Source: Enoplolaimus lenunculus (taxonomy: Eukaryota). Taken from it: a DNA stretch of 64,000 nt. The stretch covers positions 372,001 to 436,000 of the forward strand of contig JASANG010003130.1 of the NCBI GenBank assembly GCA_030248215.1, written 5' to 3'. The translations under genes and the position numbers were made by a program. The notes below the pieces were generated by a model. That model was not told where the DNA came from. It did not search any database and saw only the letters and a list, made by a program, of their open reading frames with translations. Position 1 is the stretch's first letter, and every line of letters begins with the position of its first letter. Below are positions 10,601 through 22,600 of this stretch, piece after piece.

Positions 10601-13600
10601 TTGAACATTTTGTACGCTGGTGTACTGTGCAGATTTTGAGCTCAACCGCTTTCTCAGTTTGCTAGTTTGAAAACCTACAATAACTGATAATAAATGCTTC
10701 ATACCGTTGAAAATACGGCTACTTGATATGGATTTTATTATACGTAGTCGATGGAAAACTTGAAAATTTGTTAACATTAAAAGCTGCTGTAAAATTGTGT
10801 TTAGGTTGTCTTCTTGGGTATGACAATCAGCTCTGTGCTGTGGGGCAACATTGCTGACCGATATGGTCGTAAAAAGGTACGATTTTCAAACATAATTAAT
10901 TTTGTTGCTATTAATTTTTAAAAAATTTGCATACAAAATAAGTAAGTGTTCATTACGAGTCTTCAAAAATTTTATTTTCCAAGCCAATTCGAAAGTAAAA
11001 AAATGACGAATGATGATGTAACACTTTAGTCAGTTGTATCATGAGTGGATGATTATTTACACAAGCGTGTACAACTAGGTACCTTCTGTGTACAAAAGAA
11101 TGTACTCAGCGTACGTCGCTTTTTTGGTCTCCCTCCTTTATTCAGGAGCGGATCGATTGCAGTTTTAATGGTTTTAAAAATTTAGACGGTGTATGTTTGA
11201 TGTAAGTAGATTGCAATGTATCTGTATTGTTTACGGAAAATTTAGACCTCTTAAATAAGGGGGTGGAGTTGGCCAAAATTGCAACGCGTGCCGGGTACAT
11301 TCTTTTCTCCACCGCATGTGTCCAGTTGCATACACTTGTTAAAGAGTATCATGTACTCTTAGTTGTATCAAGACTGTATAATACCAAATAGAGTGTGACA
11401 CTTACAAAAGGTTAGCTATTGCTATTTGTGGTGTCACGTGGTCTCAATATGATGCTACCCCCCTGATCGATGAAGGGGTGTAACGGCTAGTTTTGCGCAC
11501 TAAATCTGTAACAAGCACTGCTTATACAGTCTACAATAAGGTGCGCGTTACAAGCAATCTAATTTCAGCAATAAAAAATTTTTGGGTGCGAGGAATCTGA
11601 ATAAACTGTCTACAATACAAATTTTTAAAACCGATGATTGATAGTTTGCTAATAGCTAATATGCATATTAGCATAATTGATAAGCCTTTATTAGGACTTT
11701 TTGTTCACGTATTATTAGGGTTACATGCAATCTAATTTCAGCAGTAGAGTATTTTTGATTGCGAGGAATCTGAATAAATTGTCTACAAACATTCAAAACT
11801 GATAATTTAATAATTAACTAATCGCTAATTTGTGTATTATCATAAATTGATTTTCGCTAATTAGGACTTTTTAAAATATTTCACTAATTATTAGGGTTAC
11901 AAGCAATTAATTTCAGCAATAAAGGGTTTTTGGGTACGAGGAATCTGAATAAATTTTCTACAAACCTTGAAAACCGGTAATTTAATAGTTAGCTAATTCG
12001 CATATTAGCATAATTGATTATCCTGAATTAGGAGATTTTACAATATTTCGCGAATTATTAGGGTTACAAACAATTTAATTTCAGCAATAAAGGGTTTTTG
12101 GGTACTACGAATTATTACCATATTTGATAAGTCTAAATTTGAGCATTTTGCAATATTTCACTAATTTTTAGGGTTACTGAAGGATTTTTGGGTGCGAGGA
12201 ATCTGAATAAATTGTTCAGAAACCTCCAAAAACGATAAATAAATAGTTAGCTAATAAGTAATCACTCTTCTCTTCCTTGTATTCACTGTGTTGGTGCACT
12301 TCATCGTATGCGAGTATTTGTAAAATTATTTTGTTATTGTGGGCCTCAGTGAGCTTTATTAATACTAACGAATATGTATGTAGCATTAATGTGAAAAAGT
12401 TGAATGTTTGTAGTCAGCGGTTGAATTAAATTTTAAATTGTATTCTTTAACAGAGAATCCGGTTATATTTGGAATAAGGTTGCGGGATACGTTTGTAGTT
12501 GAGAAATTGTTTCGGTTCTTTTTAAATCGATGCAAACGTTTTCAAAATGCAGGGGCGTAACCAGCGTTTTGGAATAGAGCAATTACGGTTTATTAACCTT
12601 TCCAGCCGTGATTCTTGTTCTACCAACTGAAAAAGTTCCGGTGAAATCCGTGGTCAAAAATTACAAACTGTACGGTTTTGACACTTAACCCCAGGCGTCA
12701 CCGTTATTCTATGTTAACAAACCCCTGTGGGTGGCTACGCCCTTGTGTATACGTATATACTTATCGTTTAACCATATTTTCTTAAAAATAAATTTTTTAA
12801 AACTTGAATCCGCAACAGTGTTTCTGCTTGTGGAACAGTTTTCGATTAACATTGAGATGAATGCCAATGCATTAAAAGTGAATCTACGACAATTTGTCGC
12901 CAGACAACATGTCATCGAACAGCGTCCCGCCCAAAGCTTATGAATAAATCTAAGCCTAAGCCTAAGTATAATAATGGCCGACGAATTGTCGACATGATGA
13001 AATTTCGCATTACTGGGCGACGAGTATTCGTGATACTATTTAAAGCGCCATTTCCTGTTCTCGATGTAACATTTGTATCGTTCATTGCTTTCAGGAGTTG
13101 ATACTTTGTGGTCTGATTACGTTCGCATTTGGCGTTTTCAGTGCGTTTGCTCCCAATTTCTATTGGCTAATTTTTCTCCGGTTCCTCGTTGGATTTGGTG
13201 TTGGCGGAGTACCTCAGTCGTACGATTGACTTAAAGGCACAGTGGCGGGCACATAGCCAGAGGTTCCACGGGTGTTTAGTCCCACTTGAAAAAGTTTAAG
13301 CCCCCCTGGAAAAGTTTGAACCTCGATTTGTGAAATTTTTTAACCTTTTCCTTTGCAAGATTAGCTGGCTACGAGCATGTCGCGTGCGGTAGTGGCAGAT
13401 AATCATATAATTTGTTTCTGTTAGCTTACGTCATAGCTAGTGCCTTTAGCTTGAATCATAGATTTATCGCAATTCCACGACAAGCACAAGATTAGTCGGA
13501 ACGAACGATTATTGATTCCAAGGCCTAAACCTAAGCCTAAGCCAAGCCTAAACCTGAGCTGACATGCATGAAACCTAAAGTTCAAAATTTCGAAACAAGC

Positions 13601-16600
13601 AAATTAGAGAAGAAAGTCTTGTGCTCTTGAACAATCGCCCTATTAAAATTCATCTCATGAAAAATCTTTCTGCAAATTTCTTGTCATTGCCAATTTCATT
13701 GATTCAGCCGAAAAAGGTTTATGAAATAGGCAAAATGTGGAGCACTGGCGCTTTTCATTTGAACAATTTTGGCAGGCTTATTGCAGGAAGGTGATATGTG
13801 TCCCATGGAAGCAGGGTGCGACCGGATATCCGGCTCCGGTTTACTATCCGGCAAAAAACCCGCATCCGGTTCCGGTATCCGGTATAAACTTACCGGATAC
13901 CGGATTTCGGTGATGATTTCGTGAATCTCAAATTGTTGCAAATTATGTTGGGAGATGTTATGTTTTCAGACCCATTACATGTAAGTATACAGTAGTCCAA
14001 CATAACAGATAAGGTATTCGAGCATACTTTGATTGTCCGAACATGGTTTGGTTAGTAACGTGGCGATTAGGGTGAGAATTTGTAAGATATACAGTATTTT
14101 GTTGTGATATTTCGGTGAGTTTTCTTTATATAAACGCAATATTCCGTTTACTAAAGATAAATTAACATTTACTGACTCATTAACGTGCTAAAAATTGATT
14201 GATTTAAAAACACACTATCCTATTAACATCCGGTTCCGGTAAAAAATCACTATCCGGATCCGGTTCCGGTAAAAAATCACTATCCCGATCCGGTTCCGGT
14301 ATCCGGTTTTTCGCGATCCGGTCGCACCCTGCATGGAAGGGAAAGCACCTCCATAGTCCTGGCAACCGGAAAACGGTACACAATTTCCTCTATCCTTCCG
14401 CCAGGGATCGACCGGATATTAATTATACCGGATACCGGAACCGAAGCCAGATAGTGAATTTTGTACCGGAACCGGAGCCGGATGTTAACCGGATATAGGA
14501 TCTAAATTTGTACACTGGTGGAAGTGTTTGAGTAGTGCAAAAATATGTATTTATGGATTTAAGATTAATTTTTGGTTTGGATTTTTCATTCCATGTCAGT
14601 GTCCATTCATGAATTGCTCGGAATTGCAGTCGCTTCAAAATACCTAGTATTTTAACGTGCAAAAACAGTTTTATGATATTTGGATCCACAATCATAAATA
14701 TCCGGTATCCGGTAGGTTTATACCGGATACCGGAACCGGATACGGATTTAGGATTTTCCCGGATATTAAACCGGAACCGGATATCCGGTCGATCCCTGCC
14801 TTCCGCCGCGCTTGTTAAGCGCATGGTTATTTCACTTTTTTAATATGCATACGCATATTCTATTACAGTAATGTTTGATTTTAGTATGACGCTGTATGCA
14901 GAGTTTCTACCTTCGAAACATCGCGCAAGGTGCATTATGCTTATGCAAGTATGTATGTTTGTCCTTTTATATTATGCAACTGGCCTTTGTTGTTGCCGAG
15001 ATGCTAATATTAAGTGAGTGATGGGCACAGGACATCCGGATCAGTTATTCCTGAGACGCTATACCGATATCCGGTTATTTGAATTTCGCATTTATCAACC
15101 ATCGGTCGAAAATTCGGTACGTAGTAAACTAATAATTGTATTGGTATACGAACACACATCCATTGACATAAAACCGGAATATGTGAAGGACAAATAATTG
15201 GAAAAACTCTGAATTTTAGTGCAGTTTTAAAAAAAATAACGTCAATTTAGCCATTTCAACGTCATTATAATTTTGTCTAATTTTGATCAAATTTCAGTTC
15301 CGGATCGTTCAAATTTTATCGATTTGAGGCTTCCGCTGTAGTATATTTTCACTTCGATTGCACACCGTTGAATTCGCCTTGTAACCGTGGTGTGTTTTAG
15401 TAGCATATGAAACTAAATTATACTTCAAACTCTGTTTCAAGCGTACTTGCCGTCATCATTGCCAGGTCTGGTATGAAGTTTTTCAGATATTCTGGGTATT
15501 AGGAACGCTATTCGAAGTTCTTCTCGCGTTGGCTGTTATGAAAAGGCTTGGATGGACTTATCTGCTTGGACTGTCGGCAATTCCTTTGTTGTTGTTTTCG
15601 TTTTCGTGTGCGGTAAGCGAAATAGCACACCAGGCTATGATTCAATCGTAGTATAATAGTAACGAAATTTTAACGAATTTTTAAAGATGAAAAAAGGAAA
15701 CAAATACGTTGAAACCGTAAACCAATTGGTTCAAACGAACCTAAATCAAACTGTTGTTATATTTATAAACTAAACGAAAGTCTGATCGTTCAGTTTGTAA
15801 GAAATATATAACATATGCTCATAAATTCATGGAAAACAAATACGAAAATAATAATAACTAGTAATCCGTAGTTGCACACATGTGCAAGATCCATCATCCG
15901 CAGAGGAAAATACGCGTTCCAAGCTTAAAACAATGTACAAATTTTATACATGTTAAAATATACGCATAAAGCAAACAGGCTTCGTCTTATAGAATAACAA
16001 CACAATAAAAAAATAAACAATCTTCTGTCTTCAAAAATTTTCACTTAGAACTATAGAAGCAAAATTACTTATGGATTTACGAAACTGCTGGAACGCTGGC
16101 CAAAATACGTGCGTGGGGCGTTCCGATTTTAATATATAGCAAATAGGCAACAACAACAACAACAATAATAATAATAATAATAATAATAAAAATACAAGTA
16201 GTAATAATAATATAATAATAATAATGCATCGTCCACAATATTTCTAAAACACGCTGTGGAATTTTACATCGACCTTAGACGACTGCCCTCAACGGGTGCG
16301 CCCTTAAATAAGCAACGACTTGCCGTCTGAAAAATTTTACAGCAATATCAATTGCTTTTCTAATTTTGAAAATTTATTTTTCAGTTTAAAATTTCGTAAA
16401 AATGAAAAATGGCAACCGTCTAAAGGTAGGTTAAAAATAAAGCTGGCGGACAACTACTTAGCTTAAGAACAGCGTACTGTTGACGGTTACTCTAATTTTT
16501 TTAAAAACAACTAGACGCTTACCCTTAGTAATACAGAAAAGTATCTACGCTTGCAGTGATTTCAAACTAAACACCGTAGACGGTTGCCGTCAAATATTAT

Positions 16601-19600
16601 TACGGCAACCGTCAATGCCGTTCTTCGATATTTTTATTCCGCAAAATTCCTATTTATTTATTTTTTATACGCGGATAGTTTTATGGGGGTGATTGTTTTT
16701 TAATTTTTGGCCAATGTTACTTTTTAGGGGCGTTTTAAGCGCATTCCTAAACCTGCGCCTAAGCCTAAGTGTTGCAAAAATGAGTTCCTAAGCCTAAACC
16801 TAAGCAAAAAAATGTTATCTAGAATCTAAACCCCCCCCCCCCCCGTATATAGAAACCTGGACGCCCCTTTAAAAGTAACATAGGCCTTTTTGAGGAGATA
16901 AAAATAAAACACAAGAAATTTCTGAAGGGGCCGTACGCCCGCCCCCGCTCTAAAATCCGCTAGTGAACGTAGTTTTGATTTTTGCGGTCCATAGCAGATG
17001 GAACCAATGTTTTACGTTAGGGGCGTAAACATAAGCGTATTCCTTAAGCCTGAGCCTAAGCGTTGCAAAAATTTGTTCCTAAGCCTAAACCTAAGCAAAA
17101 AATGTTATCTAGAATCTAAACCTTCCCGTTAAAAACCTGGACGCCCCAAATAAAAAGTAACATAGGCCTTTTTGAGGGGAAAAATTGTACAGACCTGCTA
17201 TATTATTAAATATAAAACACAAGAAATTTCTGAAGGGGCCGTACGCCCGCCCCCGCTCTAAAATCCGCTAGTAAACGTAGTTTTGATTTATACTAGTAAT
17301 AATATAATAAAAATGATAATAATAATTTCATCTAAATTATTTTTTTCTAATTTCATGATGGCTATACGTCTGTAAAACATACAGTTTTATTAATCAGTAG
17401 AGCCAAGAGTGCATAATACAAGAGTAAGTGCGCAACTCTTGGGGTTCCGCATAGTGCGTGTTGTACCACCGGCGTTGCGTTTTTGGCCGACCCTCCTTTG
17501 TTTAGGGGGGTCGTTGTCACATGCAATAACCCTAAATTAAACTATAAGGGGATCATTGTTGTTACCGGATTCATAAAGTGTCGTGCTTCGTACAGATTGC
17601 ACCCCCTTTAAATAAATAAGGGGTAGGTCAAAAACGCAACGCGTGCCGGGTACATTCTTTTCTACACAGAATGTATTTAGTTGCATACTCTTGTTGCAGT
17701 ATGCCAGGGTGCAACCGGAATTATAATTTACCGGAACCGGAATTTGAAAATTTTACCGGAACCGGAACCGGAAAGTGAAAAATGCATTTCACCAAAAATT
17801 TCATTTTAATCGTATTTTTTTGCTCTATTATTTGTGAAACAACCTTAGTCGAACATAGGTATTTGTTTTATTTGTTGTATTTTAGATTTTCGTCGTCGAC
17901 TAGAAGTGAAATCCACCATCAATGGCTTATATTCGGAGTACAAGTGGCTTTCAAAAAAGATCCTTAAAAATTAGCAAAGTTAAGAAAACTGCCAAATTAT
18001 AACACCGGAATTTTTAAATCCGGTAAAAATTTACCAGAACCGGACCCGGAAGGTGAAAAAATGCCGGAACCAGAACCGGAATTCCGGTTGCACCCTGAAG
18101 TATGCATAATCCACACATGGTTGCACATATTGTTGAAAAGAACATGTTGGAACCACCAGCTTCTGCTGTTGCAGTACCGTAATTCCTGCAAAATCATTGA
18201 AAGTTGAACAATATAAAATGGCTTTAGGGATGTGCCGATTAATCGGCATCGGTATCGGTAATAATTGGCACTTTTCATGAGTGTCAGAATCGTTACTGCG
18301 AAAAAATTGCGATTCTTTGCCGATACTTTTAGCACATAACAGTCAGTTGAAATGATATCAATTGCAATCCTTGGCGTATATCAGTCTGTCTGATCAGGGA
18401 AACTGTTTTCTCTTCAGTTTGTGCTTGAAAAAATTAATTGAAGTGAACTTTTCTCATAAAATTATAATCGTTGACGGTAGTTTTTAAGTCTTTGCAACGG
18501 AGCCAGTTGAGTTAAGGAATCGCCCTTCCTATTTTTTGTACTTTTGTGCGCATCGCCGGACGCCGTCACGCGCCGACGTGTAGCAATTAAAAAGTCCATC
18601 AAATACGTTTTGCCTGTTTTTTTGTTACCAACGCATAGCGGCGCCCGGTGGCATCCGGCACAGTGAAGTATAGCGCAACCCTAAGACTACGTATCTACTG
18701 CAGGTTTGTAATTACAGTGGCTTCCCGAAAGTGCCCGCTATCATATTGCATCAGGACAAACGCAATTGGCGCAACAGACGCTTGAACGGGTAGCGAATGA
18801 AAATAAGAAAAGTCTTCCGCCTGGTACGCTAGTGGCAAGTCAACAAACGGTAAGTAATTTAGCCCGTGTTAACTATAGAGACCTGCTTACTAATCCTAAA
18901 CCTAAACATAAGTGTATTAGTCAAGCCTAAATTCCCCAGTCTCTAACACCATTAGTTCTCCTGTCTCCCAGTGAGCAGGCCCCTGTTATTAAAATGAGTC
19001 AGTAATTTTATGTTAAATACTGACCGCTGGTTCCCTTGAACACCATCAAATTACGTAAACAAATGGTAGAACAAAAAATCTAATTCGCAACAACAGTATG
19101 ATTGGTTGGTTCGCTCACTTCGCTCACTATGTTAAAAACAAGATTGGTTGGTTTGCTCACTATTTTCTTAGCAATTATTGGTTGGTTTGCTCACTATTTT
19201 AAGAATAACGATTGGTTGGCTCGCTCACTATTTTAAGAGCAATAATCGGTTGGTTCACTCACTATTTTAAGAGCAATGATTTGATTGGTTTGCTCACTAT
19301 TTTAAGAGCAATGATTTGGTTGGTTTGCTCACTATTTTAAGAGCAATGATTGGTTGGTTTGCTCACTATTTTAAGAGCAATGATTGGTTGGTTTGCTCAG
19401 TATGTTAAGAGCAATGATTGGTTGGTTCCCTCACTATTGTAAATAGCAATTTATTGTTGGTTCGTTCACTATAATTAAGATGATGGTGTTGCAAAACTTT
19501 CAGATAGTTTGGTCAGTACAATCTCAATATTGAATATCATTAAACGAAAACATCTTGACACTTAAACTAGTGTAAAACATTTGTTAAGAGATTTTTACAT

Positions 19601-22600
19601 GAGTAAATTGTGTACGATACCGCACGATGATGGACGGCGCCGGACAAGTATAGCGCTACCCTAAGGGTGGCGCAACTGTTGTCAATTTTTATCTAATATT
19701 TCTTACGCCGTTACGTCCAAGGATACCGGCAGAGCGATTTCAGGGTTGAAACCATCGTTTGTAGACATTTAAACGGGGGGCTTAAGAACAGTTTCAATTT
19801 GCAACACAGGAACCAGGTGCAACGGGAATTCCGATTCCGATTGGAATTCCGAATCAAAACGAGTTCTCGGAAATTTGACATTTTAATTTTAGGTCTACTT
19901 GTTGTAACATGTTGCATCAAAATTCGGTATCATTTATATATTTGAATTGATTTCGAAGAGTTAACTTACCAATAATTCATTGTAGTTTAGTTTCACATAA
20001 CCAAAAGTTGATTGCCAAATTGTTCGTGCGACGTTTTTCAGAATTGTTGCCAGCCAACAGACACTCTAAACAGTGATGGGCAGTCATGGTTAAAAACCGA
20101 GACCGAGACTAGACTGCCGAGACCGGCCAAGAAAAGTCTCGGTCTTGGTCAATTTTTGGTCATCGCCGAAAAAATTAAAGTTTTCAAGATGAATTATTTC
20201 TAACGTTTTTTCGTAGTTGTGTTTTATAGTTTTTTTCATAGCTTTTTGTGTTTTTTTTCAGAATATCTGCTTGTAATTATTGCGTAATCATGAAATTTTA
20301 TATTTCGCAGAAAAATTTTATTCATCATCCATCACCTACGTCAACAATACAGTCATACATTTGCTGAATCCTCGACTTCCGGTCTCGGTTCAAAAACCAC
20401 CGAGACTCAAAAAAGCGAGAACGAGACCGAAACTCACATCTCTGACCCTAAGTTAATATTAACCTTGTTAATACAACTTATTCGTATAGTCACAAAATTT
20501 GTAGTTCCGATTCCGATTCCGGTATAAATTTGCTGTCCCGTTTCCGATTCCGGTATAAATTTGCTGTCCCGTTTCCGATTCCGGTATAATCCAGTTGCGT
20601 TTTATATCATACAGGAACCTTTTCCTTTAGAAATTTTTTTGGTACACTACCCTTTTGCAGAATCCTAGCTACAGCAATGGGGTTTGTCCGACGCCATACG
20701 GTAAATGTACGGTGCCGAGCGTGCGTTGAACGGCGATGGCATTAAAATTAGGCAAAACCTATAGCGCCGTGATTAATCTCTTTATTCGGTTATTGCTGAC
20801 AATCCTGCTTACAAACTTTTTTAGGACAAAGTCAAACGCGGTCGCGTTATTGATTTGTTTACTAAAGATTTGTGGATCACAACCATATTTCTTTGGTTTA
20901 TTTGGTAAGAAATGTTTGTTTTTGATTGATTGATGAAATTGAATAGGGCACGTATGTTTTGATTTTGAGGATTTGACATGCGGACCGATATACGTACATA
21001 CCAGGATGCGACCGGACATTCTATTTTATCGGATACTAACCGGATATGAACCGGATATAGCTTGTGAATATGAGCACTATTGAAAGTAATTGAGTCGTAC
21101 AAGGGTACAGATTTACTAAATTAAAATTAATTGTTAGCTTGAATTTTTCGTTCTATTTCGATTAGTGGGTACCTTAATAGCTTTACTCGCCCGGAAAGGT
21201 AAACGCAGCAAGATATTAAATGTGTTCACTTGTCAAAAGCAGCTTTAAAATATTCAAGACCATAAACCGTTAATATCCTATATCCGGTTGGTTTATACCG
21301 AACTGGGAACCGCGTACGGATATCGGTTTTGCCGGATATTAAACCGGAACCAGATAACCGGACGCACCATGATACATACATACGTACGACTGATTTAGAC
21401 CAATGTCATGTTAGCAATTTAGGTGTTCCGGGTCTGGCTTATTTATCTTAAGCTGGCTGTAGAGTTGAATTTTTATGCAAAACGACAACATTACCTACAA
21501 ATAATTATATATATTTAATGCTTAACAGCCGTCTTCTAATAATAGTTCACGAAAGGTCACAGGTCGTAGCCTGTCCTCAACAAAGCTTAATATTCTTGTA
21601 ATAAATGTTGTGGACGCTGATGGTTTTTGACATTACTGAAGAATATCATTCTAAAATCAAATATTTAAACTTTGCGTTACTTAAAACTTAGGTTCAGTAA
21701 AACTTGTTAGTTCCCTAGAATTGTGACTCTATGACTAACATATGCTAACATATTAGAAATGGTCAAAAATTGTGTTGACCCTATGTTTTTAATGAAAGAA
21801 TCTGTTTAACCAATATATACTTTGCATTCGCTGGGTCGTGTCGGAGCGGAGGCATCAAACGCATCCTCAGTTCGCAGCCGGATGGACATTTGTGAGTGAG
21901 GGGTTGCAGATTTTCAATAAAGCGTCGATTGCACTAGCCAGTGTTTAGCTACGCCTACAACTAAGCACATAGTCAAAAACAACCAAATAAACAATATACA
22001 CAGATCAAATATATAAGACATATAATAAAGACGAGGTGGTGTGGTGTGTGAGGGGGTCGCTAAACCAGGGGTAATTTAGTATTTAGGACCTCTTGTAGGA
22101 TCACAAGGACGAAACTGTCTTGATGATTTCGTTAGCAGTATTAGTGCTAAGCCATGGTGTTTTTCATATTTTAATTTATTTTTTTATTAATTTAGGTTTG
22201 CCAACTCATTTGCATATTTCGGGATTGTTCTGTTAACCACTGAACTGTTTCAATCTGCCAACTCATGCCACGGTAAAAGTTAGGGATGTACCGATTTAAT
22301 CGGCATCGGCATCGGCATTGGCATCGGTAAAAATCGGTACTGTTCGTAAGTATCGGCATCGGCATCGGAACTGCAAAAAAATTGCTGATTTTTTGCCGAT
22401 ACTTTTGCATATAATAGTCAGTTGGAATGCTATCAATTTCATTTCTGGGCGCATATCAGTGTGTTTGCTCAGAGAAACTGTTATATCTCGTGCGTTTGTG
22501 ATTGGAAAAATTAATTGAAATGAACCGTTCTTATAAAATTATAATAGTTTATGATGGTTAGGATTTCAAGTCTTTATATCATGATGTAATGTAGTATCCT

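Noticed and set aside
21820..21960. GC-richer intronic segment that might be a ncRNA
   Set aside because: I could not establish a tRNA cloverleaf, snoRNA boxes or Sm site by eye; needs an Rfam/Infernal search.
22085..22130. GGACGAAAC resembling a hammerhead ribozyme core
   Set aside because: No correctly placed CTGANGA or closing stems. The CTGATGA at 23081 lies beside a dispersed repeat also seen inverted at about 46900.
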